From: Balanoglossus misakiensis
Lineage: Eukaryota > Animalia > Hemichordata
Length of the DNA: 64,000 nucleotides
NCBI GenBank assembly: GCA_040954595.2
Contig: CM082598.2
Location: forward strand, 8,633,097 to 8,697,096
Direction: 5' to 3'
Below are positions 53,101 through 64,000 of this stretch, piece after piece. The translations under genes and the position numbers were made by a program. The notes under the pieces were generated by a model. That model made no database searches, was not told the origin of the DNA, and saw nothing but the letters and a program-made list of their open reading frames with translations. Position 1 is the stretch's first letter. Every line of letters starts with the position of its first letter.

Positions 53101-56100
53101 AAATTCTCTGCCATCATTTCTCCCCTCCCAAGAATGGCGGCAACAAACTCTCAGTCGTTATTTCTCCCCTCCCGAGAATGGCGGGAACAAACTCTCAGCC
53201 CTTATTTCTCAGCTCCCGATAATGGCGGCAATAAATTCTCTGCCATGATTTCTCCCCTCCCAAGAATGGCGGCAATAAATTCTCTGCTATCATTTCTCCC
53301 CTCCCAAGAATGGGGGCATCAAACTCTCAGCCCCCATTTCTCCCCTCCCGAGAATGGCGGCAACAAACTCTCAGCCCTTATTTCTCCCATCCCAAGAATG
53401 GCGGCAAAAAATTCTCTGCCATCATTTCTCCCCTCCCAAGAATGGCGGCAACAAACTCTCAGTCGTTATTTCTCCCCTCCCGAGAATGGCGGGAACAAAC
53501 TCTCAGCCATCATTTCTCCCCTCCCGATAATGGCGGCAATAATTTCTCTGCCATGATTTCTCCCCTCCCAAGAATGGCGGCAACAAATTCTCAGCCGTTA
53601 TTTCTCCCCTCACAAGAATGGCGGCAACAAACTCTCAGCCGTTATTTATCCCCTCCCAAGATTGGCGGCAATAAATTCTCTGCCATCATTTATCCCCTCC
53701 CAAGAATGGCGGCAACAAACTCTCAGCCGTTATATCTCCCCTCCCGAGAATGGCAGCGATAAATTCTCTGCCATCATTTCTCCCCTCCCAAGGATGGCGG
53801 TAATAAATTCTCTGCCATCGTTTCTCCCCTCCCAAGAATGGCCCCAACAAACTCTCAGCCCTTATTTCTCCCCTCCCATGAATGGCGGCAACAAACTCTC
53901 TGCCATCATTTCTGCCCTCCCGAGAATGGCTTCAACAAACTCTCAGCCGTTATTTCTCCCCTCCCAAGAATGGTGGCAATAAATTCTCTGCCATTATTTC
54001 TCCCCACCCAAGAATGGCGGCATCAAACTCTCAGCCCTCATTTCTCCCCTCCCGAGAATGGCGGCAACAAACTCTCAGCCCTTATTTCTCCCCTCCCAAG
54101 AATGGCGGCAATAAATTCTCTGCCATCATTTATCCCCTCCCAAGAATGGCGGCAACAAACTCTCAGTCGTTATTTCTCCCCTCCCGAGAATGGCGGGAAC
54201 AAACTTTCAGCCATCATTTCTCCCCTCCCGATAATGGCGGCAATAATTTCTCTGCCATGATTTCTCCCCTCCCAAGAATGGCGGCAACAAACTCTCAGCC
54301 GTTATATCTCCCCTCCCGAGAATGGCAGCGATAAATTCTCTGCCATCATTTCTCCCCTCCCAAGGATGGCGGTAATAAATTCTCTGCCATCGTTTCTCCC
54401 CTCCCAAGAATGGCCCCAACAAACTCTCAGCCCTTATTTCTCCCCTCCCATGAATGGCGGCAACAAACTCTCTGCCATCATTTCTGCCCTCCTGAGAATG
54501 GCTTCAACAAACTCTCAGCCGTTATTTCTCCCCTCCCGAGAATGGCGGCAACAAACTCTCAGCCCTTATTTCACCCCTCCCGAGAATGGCGGTAATAAAT
54601 TCTCTGCCATCATTTTTCCCCTCCCAAGAATGGCGGCAACAAACTATCTGCCATCATTTCTCCCCTCCCAAGAATGGCGGCAACAAACTCTCAGCCCTCA
54701 TTTCCCCCCTCCCGAGAATGGCGGGAACAAACTCTCAGCCCTTATTTCTCAGCTCCCGATAATGGCGGCAATAAATTCTCTGCCATGATTTCTCCCCTCC
54801 CAAGAATGGCGGCAATAAATTCTCTGCCATTATTTCTCCCCACCCAAGAATGGCGGCATCAAACTCTCAGCCCTCATTTCTCCCCTCCCGAGAGTGGCGG
54901 CAACAAACTCTCAGCCCTTATTTCTCCCCTCCCAAGAATGGCGGCAATAAATTCTCTGCCATAGTTTCTCCCCTCCCAAGAATGGCCCCAACAAACTCTC
55001 AGCCCTCATTTTTCCCCTGTCAAGAATGGCGGCAACAAAGTGTCGGCCCTTATTTCACCCCTCCCATGGATGGCGGCAATAAATTCTCTGCCATCGTTTC
55101 TCCCCTCCCAAGGATGGCGGCAATAAATTCTCTGCCATCATTCCTCCCCTCCCGAGAATGGCGGCAATATATTCTCTGCCATCATTTCTCCCCTCCATAG
55201 AATGGCGGCAATATATTCTCTGCCATCATTTCTCCCCTCCCAAGAATGGCGGCAACAAACTCTCAGTCGTTATTTCTCCCCTCCCGAGAATGGCGGGAAC
55301 AAACTCTCAGCCATCATTTCTCCCCTCCCGATAATGGCGGCAATAATTTCTCTGCCATGATTTCTCCCCTCCCAAGAATGGCGGCAACAAATTCTCAGCC
55401 GTTATTTCTCCCCTCACAAGAATGGCGGCAACAAACTCTCAGCCGTTATTTATCCCCTCCCAAGATTGGCGGCAATAAATTCTCTGCCATCATTTATCCC
55501 CTCCCAAGAATAGCGGCAACAAACTCTCAGCCGTTATATCTCCCCTCCCGAGAATGGCAGCGATAAATTCTCTGCCATCATTTCTCCCCTCCCAAGGATG
55601 GCGGTAATAAATTCTCTGCCATCGTTTCTCCCCTCCCAAGAATGGCCCCAACAAACTCTCAGCCCTTATTTCTCCCCTCCCATGAATGGCGGCAACAAAC
55701 TCTCTGCCATCATTTCTGCCCTCCCGAGAATGGCTTCAACAAACTCTCAGCCGTTATTTCTCCCCTCCCGAGAATGGCTGCAACAAACTCTTAGCCCTTA
55801 TTTCACCCCTCCCGAGAATGGCGGTAATAAATTCTCTGCCATCATTTCTCCCCTCCCAAGAATGGCGGCAACAAACTATCTGCCATCATTTCTCCCCACC
55901 CAAGAATGGCGGCAACAAACTCTCAGCCCTCATTTCCCCCCTCCCGAGAATGGCGGGAACAAACTCTCAGCCCTTATTTCTTAGCTCCCGATAATGGCGG
56001 CAATAAATTCTCTGCCATGATTTCTCCCCTCCCAAGAATTGCGGCAATAAATTCTCTGCCATTATTTCTCCCCTCCCAAGAATGGCGGCATCAAACTCTC

Positions 56101-59100
56101 AGCCCTCAATTCTCCCCTCCCGAGAATGGCGGCAACAAACTCTCAGCCCTTAATTCTCCCCTCCCAAGAATGGCGGCAATAAATTCTCTGCCATCATTTC
56201 TCCCCTCCCAAGAATGGCGGCAATATATTCTCTGCCATCATTTCTCCCCTCCCTAGAATGGCGTCAATATATTCTCTGCCATTATTTCTCCCCTCCCAAG
56301 ATTGGCGGCAATAAATTCTCTGCCATCATTTCTCCCCTCCCAAGAATTTCGGCAACAAACTCTCAGCCGTTATATCTCCCCTCCCGTAAATGGCAGCAAT
56401 AAATTCTCTGCCATCATTTCTCCCCTCCCAAGGATGGCGGCAATAAATTCTCTGCCATCGTTTCTCCCCTCCCAAGAATGGCCCCAACAAACTCTCAGCC
56501 CTCATTTCTCCCCTCTCAAGAATGGCGGCAACAAACTGTCGGCCCTTATTCCTCCCCTCCCGAGAATGGCGGGAACAAACTCTCAGCCCTTATTTCTCCC
56601 CTCCCGATAATGGGGCAATAAATTCTCTGCCATGATTTCTCCCCTCCCAAGAATGGCGGCAATAAATTCTCTGCCGTCATTTCTCCCCTCCAAAGAATGG
56701 CGGCATCAAATTCTCAGCCGTTATTTCTCCACTCCCAAGAATAGCGGCAACAAACTCTCAGCCGTTATTTATCCCCTCCCAAGATTGGCGGCAATAAATT
56801 CTCTGCCATCATTTTCCCCTCCTAAGAATGGCGGCAATATATTCTCTGCCATCATTTCTCCCCTCCCTAGAATGGCGGTAATATATTCTCTGCCATAATT
56901 TCTCCCCTCCCAAGAATGGCGGCAATAAATTCTGTGCCATCATTTCTCCCCTCCCAAGAATGGCGGCAACAAACTCTCAGCCGTTATTTCTCCCCTCCCA
57001 AGAATGGCGGCAATTAATTCTCTGCCATCATTTCTGCCCTCCCGAGAATGGCTTCAACAAACTCTCAGCCGTTATTTCTCCCCTCCCGAGAATGGCGGCA
57101 ATAAATTCTCTGCAATCATTTCTCCCTTCCCCAGAATGGCGGCAGCAAACTCTCTGCCATCATTTCTCCCCTCCCAAGAATGGCGGCAACAAACTCTCAG
57201 CCCATATTTCTCCCCTCCCAAGAATGGCGGCAACAAACTCTCAGCCGTTATTTCTCCCCTCCCAAGAATGGCGACAATAAATTCTCAACCATCATTTCTC
57301 CCCTCCCAAGAATGGCGGCAATTAATTCTCTGCCATAATTTCTCCCCTCCCAAGAATGGCGACAATACATTCTATGCCATCATTTCTCCCCTCCCAAGAA
57401 TGGCGGCAACAAACTCTCTGCCATCATTTCTCCCCTCCCAAGAATGGCAGCAAAAAACTCTCAGCCATCATTTCTCCCCTCCCAAGAATGGCGGCAACAA
57501 ACTGTCAGCACTGATTTCTCCCCCCCCCCCCACCAAGAATGGCGGCAATATATTCTCTGCCATCATTTCTCCCCTCCCGAGAATTGCGGCAATAAATTCT
57601 CTGCCATCATTTCTCCCCTCCCGATAATGGCGGCAATAAATTCTCCGCGATCATTTCTCCCCTCCCAAGAATGGCGTCAATTAATTCTCTGCCATCATTT
57701 CTTCCCTCCCGAGAATGTCTTCAACAAACTCTCTGCCATCATTTCTCCCTTCCCCAGAATGGCGGCAGCAAACTCTCTGCCATCATTTCTCCCCTCCCAA
57801 GAATGGCGGCAACAAACTCTCAGCCCATATTTCTCCCCTCCCAAGAATGGCGGCAACAAACTCTCAGCCGTTATTTCTCCCCTCCCAAGAATGGCGACAA
57901 TAAATTCTCAACCATCATTTCTCCCCTCCCAAGAATGGCGGCAATTAATTCTCTGCCATAATTTCTCCCCTCCCAAGAATGGCGACAATACATTCTATGC
58001 CATCATTTCTCCCCTCCCAAGAATGGCGGCAACAAACTCTCTGCCATCATTTCTCCCCTCCCAAGAATGGCAGCAAAAAACTCTCAGCCATCATTTCTCC
58101 CCTCCCAAGAATGGCGGCAACAAACTGTCAGCACTGATTTCTCCCCCCCCCCCCCCACCAAGAATGGCGGCAATATATTCTCTGCCATCATTTCTCCCCT
58201 CCCGAGAATTGCGGCAATAAATTCTCTGCCATCATTTCTCCCCTCCCGATAATGGCGGCAATAAATTCTCCGCGATCATTTCTCCCCTCCCAAGAATGGC
58301 GTCAATTAATTCTCTGCCATCATTTCTTCCCTCCCGAGAATGTCTTCAACAAACTCTCTGCCATCATTTCTCCCTTCCCCAGAATGGCGGCAACAAACTC
58401 TCTGCCATCATTTCTCACCTCCCAAGAATGGCGGCAATAAATTCTCAGCCATCATTTCTCCCCTCCCAAGAATGGCGGCAACAAACTCTCAGCCCATATT
58501 TCTCCCCTCCCAAGAATGGCGGCAACAAACTCTCAGCCGTTATTTCTCCCCTCCCAAGAATGGCGGCAATAAATTCTCTACCATCATTTCTCCCCTCCCA
58601 AGAATGGCGGCAATTAATTCTCTGCCATAATTTCTCCCCTCCCAAGAATGGCGACAATACATTCTCTGCCATCAATTCTCCCCTCCCAAGAATGGCGGCA
58701 ACAAACTCTCTGCCATCATTTCTCCCCTCCCAAGAATGGCGGCAACAAACTCTCAGCCCATATTTCTCCGGTCTCGAGAATGGCGGCAACAAACTCTCTG
58801 CCATCATTTCTCCCCTCACAAGAATGGCGGCAACAAACTCTCAGCCGTTATTTATCCCCTCCCAAGATTGGCGACAATAAATTCTCAGCCATCATTTCTC
58901 CCCTCCCAAGAATGGCGGCAACAAACTCTCAGCCCATATTTCTCCCCTCCCAAGAATGGCGGCAACAAACTCTCAGCCGTTATTTCTCCCCTCCCAAGAA
59001 TGGCGGCAATAAATTCTCTACCATCATTTCTCCCCTCCCAAGAATGGCGGCAATTAATTCTCTGCCATAATTTCTCCCCTCCCAAGAATGGCGGCAATAC

Positions 59101-60000
59101 ATTCTCTGCCATCATTTCTCCCCTCCCGAAAATGGCGGCAACAAATTCTCAGCCGTTATTTCTCCCCTCACAAGAATGGCGGCAACAAACTCTCAGCCGT
59201 TATTTATCCCCTCCCAAGATTGGCGACAATAAATTCTCTGCCATCATTTCTCCCCTCCCGAAAATGGCGGCAACAAATTCTCAGCCGTTATTTCTCCCCT
59301 CACAAGAATGGCGGCAACAAACTCTCAGCCGTTTTTTATCCCCTCCCAAGATTGGCGACAATAAATTATCTGCCATCATTTCTCCCCTCCCAAGAATGGC
59401 GGCAACAAACTCTCAGCCGTTATATCTCCCCTCCCGAGAATGGCAGCAATTAATTCTCTGCCATCATTTCTCCCCTCACAGGGATGGCGGCAATACATTC
59501 TCTGCCATCGATTCTCCCCTCCCAAGAATGGCGCCAACAAACTCTCAGCCCTCATTTCTCCCCTCCCATGAATGGCTGCAACAAACTCTCTGCCGTCATT
59601 TCTGCCCTCCCGAGAATGGCTTCAACAAACTCTCAGCCGTTATTTCTCCCCTCCCGAGAATGGCTGCAACAAACTCTCAGCCCTTATTTCACCCCTCCCG
59701 AGAATGGCGGTAATAAATTCTCTGCCATCATTTCTCCCCTCCCAAGAATGGCGGCAACAAACTCTCAGCCGTTATATCTCCCCTCCCGAGAATGGCAGCA
59801 ATTAATTCTCTGCCATCATTTCTCCCCTCACAGGGATGGCGGCAATACATTCTCTGCCATCGATTCTCCCCTCCCAAGAATGGCGCCAACAAACTCTCAG
59901 CCCTCATTTCTCCCCTCCCTTGAATGGCTGCAACAAACTCTCTGCCGTCATTTCTGCCCTCCCGAGAATGGCTTCAACAAACTCTCAGGCGTTATTTCTT
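38200..60000. repeat. ~11-kb tandem super-block duplication inside the satellite (~38.2-49.3 kb and ~49.4-60.0 kb)
   Basis: Private variants recur in the same order: TCTTTTCTCC insertion 39281/50562, CCTGTCAAG 43471/55016, TCCCGTAAAT 45101/56382, GATAATGGGGCAAT deletion ~45325/56606, TCTCCGGTCTCGAG ~46905/58765 and CACAGGGATGG ~48458/59477. Confidence 0.85.
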
Positions 60001-63000
60001 CCCTCCCGAGAATGACGGCAACAAACTCTCTGCCATCATTTCTCCCCTCCCAAGAATGGCGGCAACAAACTCTCTGCCATCATTTCTCCCCTCCCAAGAA
60101 TGGCGGCAACAAACTCTCAGCCCTTATTTCTCCCCTCTCGAGAATGGCGGGAACAAATTCTCTGCCATCATTTCTCCCCTCCCAAGAATGGCGGCAACAA
60201 ACTCTCAGCCATCATTTCTCCCCTCCCAAGAATGGCGGCAACAAACTGTCAGCACTGATTTCTCACCCCCCCCCCCCCAAGAATGGCGGCAACAAACTCT
60301 CTGCCATCATTTCTCCCCTCCCGAGAATTGCGGCAATAAATTCTCTGTCATCATTTCTCCCCTCCCAAGAATGGCGACAATAAATTCTCTGCCATCATTT
60401 CTCCCCTCCCTAGAATGGCGGCAGTATATTCTCTGCCATCATTTCTCCCCTCCCGAGAATTGCGGCAATAAATTCTCTGCCATCATTTCTCCCCTCCCAA
60501 GAATGGCGGCAACAAACTCTCTGCCATCATTTATCCCCTCCCTAGAATGGTGGCAGTATATTCTCTGCCATCATTTCTCCCCTCCCTAGAATGGCGGCAA
60601 TATATTCTCTGCCATCATTTCTCCCCTCCCAAGAATGGCGGCAATAAATTCTCTGCCATCGTTTCTCCCCTCCCAAGAATAGCGGCAACAAACTCTCCGC
60701 CATCATTTCTCCTCTCCCAAGAATGGCGGCAACAAACTCTCCGCCATCATTTCTCCCCTCCCAAGAATGGCGACAACAAACTCTCTGCCATCATTTCTGC
60801 CCTCCCGAGAATGGCTTCAACAAACTCTCTGCCATCATTTCTCCCCTCCCTAGAATGGCGGCAATAAGTTCTCTGCCATCATTTCTCCCCTCCCTAGAAT
60901 GGCCGCAATATATTCTCTTCCATCATTTCTCCCCTCCCAAGAATGGCGGCAATATATTCTCTGCCATCATTTCTCCCCTCCCAAGAATGGCGGCAATAAA
61001 TTCTCTGCCATCGTTTCTCCCCTCCCAAGAATGGCGCCAACAAACTCTCAGCCCTTATTTCTCCCCTCCCATGAATGGCTGCAACAAACTCTCCGCCATT
61101 ATTTCTCCCCTCCCAGGAATGGCGACAACAAACTCTCTGCCATCATTTCACCCCTCCCGAGAATGGCGGCAATAAATTCTCTGCCATCATTTCTCCCTTC
61201 CCAAGAATGGCGGCAACAAACTCTCTGCCATCATTTCTCCCCTCCCAAGAATGGCGGCAACAAACTCTCTGCCATCATTTCTCCCCTCCCGAGAATTGCG
61301 GCAATAAATTCTCTGCCATCATTTCTCCCCTCCCAAGAATGGCGACAATAAATTCTCTGCCATCATTTCTCCCCTCCCTAGAATGGCGGCAGTATATTCT
61401 CTGCCATCATTTCTCCCCTCCCGAGAATTGCGGCAATAAATTCTCTGCCATCATTTCTCCCCTCCCAAGAATGGCGGCAACAAACTCTCTGCCATCATTT
61501 CTCCCCTCCCTAGAATGACGGCAGTATATTCTCTGCCATCATTTCTCCCCTCCCTAGAATGGCGGCAATATATTCTCTGCCATTATTTCTCCCCTCCCAA
61601 GAACGGCGGCAATATATTCTCTGCCATCATTTCTCCCCTCCCAAGAATGGCGGCAATAAATTCTCTGCCATCGTTTCTCCCCTCCCAAGAATGGCGGCAA
61701 TATATTCTCTGCCATCATTTCTCACCTCCCAAGAATGGCGGCAATAAATTCTCTGCAATCGTTTCTCCCCTCCCAAGAATGGCGCCAACAAACTCTCAGC
61801 CCTTATTTCTCCCCTCCCATGAATGGCTGCAACAAACTCTCCGCCATTATTTCTCCCCTCCCAAGAATGGCGACAACAAACTCTCTGCCATCATTTCTGC
61901 CCTCCCGAGAATGGCTTCAACAAACTCTCTGCCATCATTTCTCCCCTCCCTAGAATGGCGGCAACAAACTCTCAGCCCTTATTTCACCCCTCCCGAGAAT
62001 GGCGGCAATAAATTCTCTGCCATCATTTCTCCCCTCCCAAGAATGGCGGCAACAAACTCTCTGCCATCATTTCTCCCCTCCCAAGAATGGCGGCAACAAA
62101 CTCTCTGCCATCATTTCTCCCCTCCCGAGAATTGCGGCAATAAATTCTCTGCCATCATTTCTCCCCTCCCAAGAATGGCGACAATAAATTCTCTGCCATC
62201 ATTTCTCCCCTCCCTAGAATGGCGGCAGTATATTCTCTGCCATCATTTCTCCCCTCCCGAGAATTGCGGCAATAAATTCTCTGCCATCATTTCTCCCCTC
62301 CCAAGAATGGCGGCAACAAACTCTCTGCCATCATTTCTCCCCTCCCTAGAATGGCGGCATTATATTCTCTGCCATCATTTCTCCCCTCCCTAGAATGGCG
62401 GCAATATATTCTCTGCCATCATTTCTCCCCTCCCAAGAACGGCGGCAATATATTCTCTGCCATCATTTCTCCCCTCCCAAGAATGGCGGCAATAAATTCT
62501 CTGCCATCGTTTCTCCCCTCCCAAGAATGGCGGCAACAAACTCTCTGCCATCATATCTCCCCTTCCAAGAATGGCGGCAATAAACACTCCGCCATCATTT
62601 CTCCCCTCCCAAGAATGGCGGCAATAAACTCTCCGCCATCATTTCTCCCCTCCCAAGAATGGCGGCAACATACTCTCTGCCATCATTTCTCCCCTCCCAA
62701 GAATGGCGACAACAAACTCTCTGCCATCATTTCTCCCCTCCCAAGAATGGCGGCAATAAACTCTCCGCCATCATTTCTCCCCTCCCAAGAATTGCGGCAA
62801 CATACTCTCTGCCATCATTTCTCCCCTCCCAAGAATGGCGATAACAAACTCTCTGCCATCATTTCTCCCCTCCCGAGAATTGCGGCAATAAATTCTCTGC
62901 CATCATTTCTCCCCTCCCAAGAATGGCGACAATAAATTCTCCGCCATCATTTCTCCCCTCCCTAGAATGGCGGCAATATATTCTCTGCCATCATTTGTCC

Positions 63001-64000
63001 CCTCCCAAGAATGGCGGCGATATATTCTCTGCCATCATTTCTCCCCTCCCAAGAATGGCGGCAATAAATTCTCTGCCATCGTTTCTCCCCTCCCAAGAAT
63101 GGCTGCAACAAACTCTCCGCCATCATTTCTCCCCTCCCAAGAATGGCGGCAATAAACTCTCCGCCATCATTTCTCCCCTCCCAAGAATGGCGACAACAAA
63201 CTCTCTGCCATCATTTCTGCCCTCCCGAGAATGGCTTTAACAAACTCTCTGCCATCATTTCTCCCCTCCCTAGAATGGCGGCAATAAATTCTCTGCCATC
63301 ATTTCTCCCCTCCCAAGAATGGCGGCAATATATTCTCTGCCATCATTTCTCCCCTCCCAAGAATGGCGGCAATAAATTCTCTGCCATCGTTTCTCCCCTC
63401 CCAAGAATGGCGGCAATAAATTCTCTGCCATCGTTTCTCCCCTCCCAAGAATGGCGCCAACAAACTCTCAGCCCTTATTTCTCCCCTCCCATGAATGGTT
63501 GCAACAAACTCTCTGCCATCATTTCTGCCCTCCCGAGAATGGCTTCAACAAACTCTCAGCCATTATTTCTTTTCTCCCGAGAATGGCGGCAACAAACTCT
63601 CAGCCCTTATTTCACCCCTCCCGAGAATGGCGGCAATAAATTCTCTGCCATCATTTCTCCCCTCCCAAGAATGGCGGCAACAAACTCTCTGCCATCATTT
63701 CTCCCCTCCCAAGAATGGCGGCAACAAACTCTCAGCCCTTATTTCTCCCCACTCGAGAATGGCGGGAACAAATTCTCTGCCATCATTTCTCCCCTCCCAA
63801 GAATGGCGGCAACAAACTCTCAGCCATCATTTCTCCCCTCCCAAGAATGGCGGCAACAAACTGTCAGCACTGATTTCTCCCCCCCCCCCAAGAATGGCGG
63901 CAATATATTCTCTGCCATCATTTCTCCCCTCCCAAGAATGGCGGCAACAAACTCTCTGCCATCATTTCTCCCCTCCCGAGAATTGCGGCAATAAATTCTC

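Larger units (their letters stand above)
10000..64000. repeat. 44-bp tandem satellite DNA array (~54 kb, ~1,230 monomers, single orientation, open at window end)
   Basis: CTCCCCTCCC(A/G)AGAATGGCGGCAA recurs every 44 bp (for example 10001, 10045, 10089), and ORF starts in the track are mostly spaced by multiples of 44. There are two main monomer classes, ...AATAAATTCTCTGCCATCATTT and ...AACAAACTCTCAGCCGTTATTT. I saw no inversion or foreign insertion. Confidence 0.99.

Noticed and set aside
10000-64000. Several hundred overlapping ORFs with repeats such as MAAINSLPSFLPSQEWRQQTLS...SPPKNGGNKFSAIISPLPR
   Set aside because: 44 is not divisible by 3, so the same 44-aa pattern appears in all three frames. 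Stops and frameshifts are scattered, and I saw no sign of frame preservation. These are translations of the satellite.
10000-64000. CRISPR-like appearance (conserved ~27-bp part alternating with a more variable ~17-bp part)
   Set aside because: The variable parts are point variants of one sequence and recur many times, so they are not unique spacers. There are no cas genes and the context is eukaryote-like.

Overview
This window is non-coding, eukaryote-like DNA, probably from an invertebrate animal (inferred from the repeat types). It has two parts. (1) Bases 1-9,999 are an AT-rich patchwork of nested non-autonomous transposon-like elements: two oppositely oriented ~185-bp TTAA-flanked MITEs (Kolobok/T2-like); a 1,422-bp element with imperfect TIRs and a 9-bp target-site duplication (Mutator-like) that hosts one MITE and a Helentron/HINE-like 5' fragment; two copies of a ~530-bp dispersed repeat; and a head-to-tail dimer of a 977-bp element with an unusual A-A'-B...B' inverted-repeat layout. 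The dimer sits in a T-run without a TSD, and a paralogous empty site is visible in the same window. (2) Bases 10,000-64,000 are an uninterrupted array of about 1,230 copies of a 44-bp satellite (consensus ~TTTCTCCCCTCCCAAGAATGGCGGCAAYAAAYTCTCWGCCRTYA) that runs off the end of the window. It shows ordered variant monomers, nested block duplications from 220 bp to ~11 kb, and poly-C marker monomers. The several hundred ORFs over the array are translation artefacts of the 44-bp period. I found no recognisable protein-coding gene, RNA gene or CRISPR array. All alignments were done by eye, and family names are inferred from structure, not from database hits.
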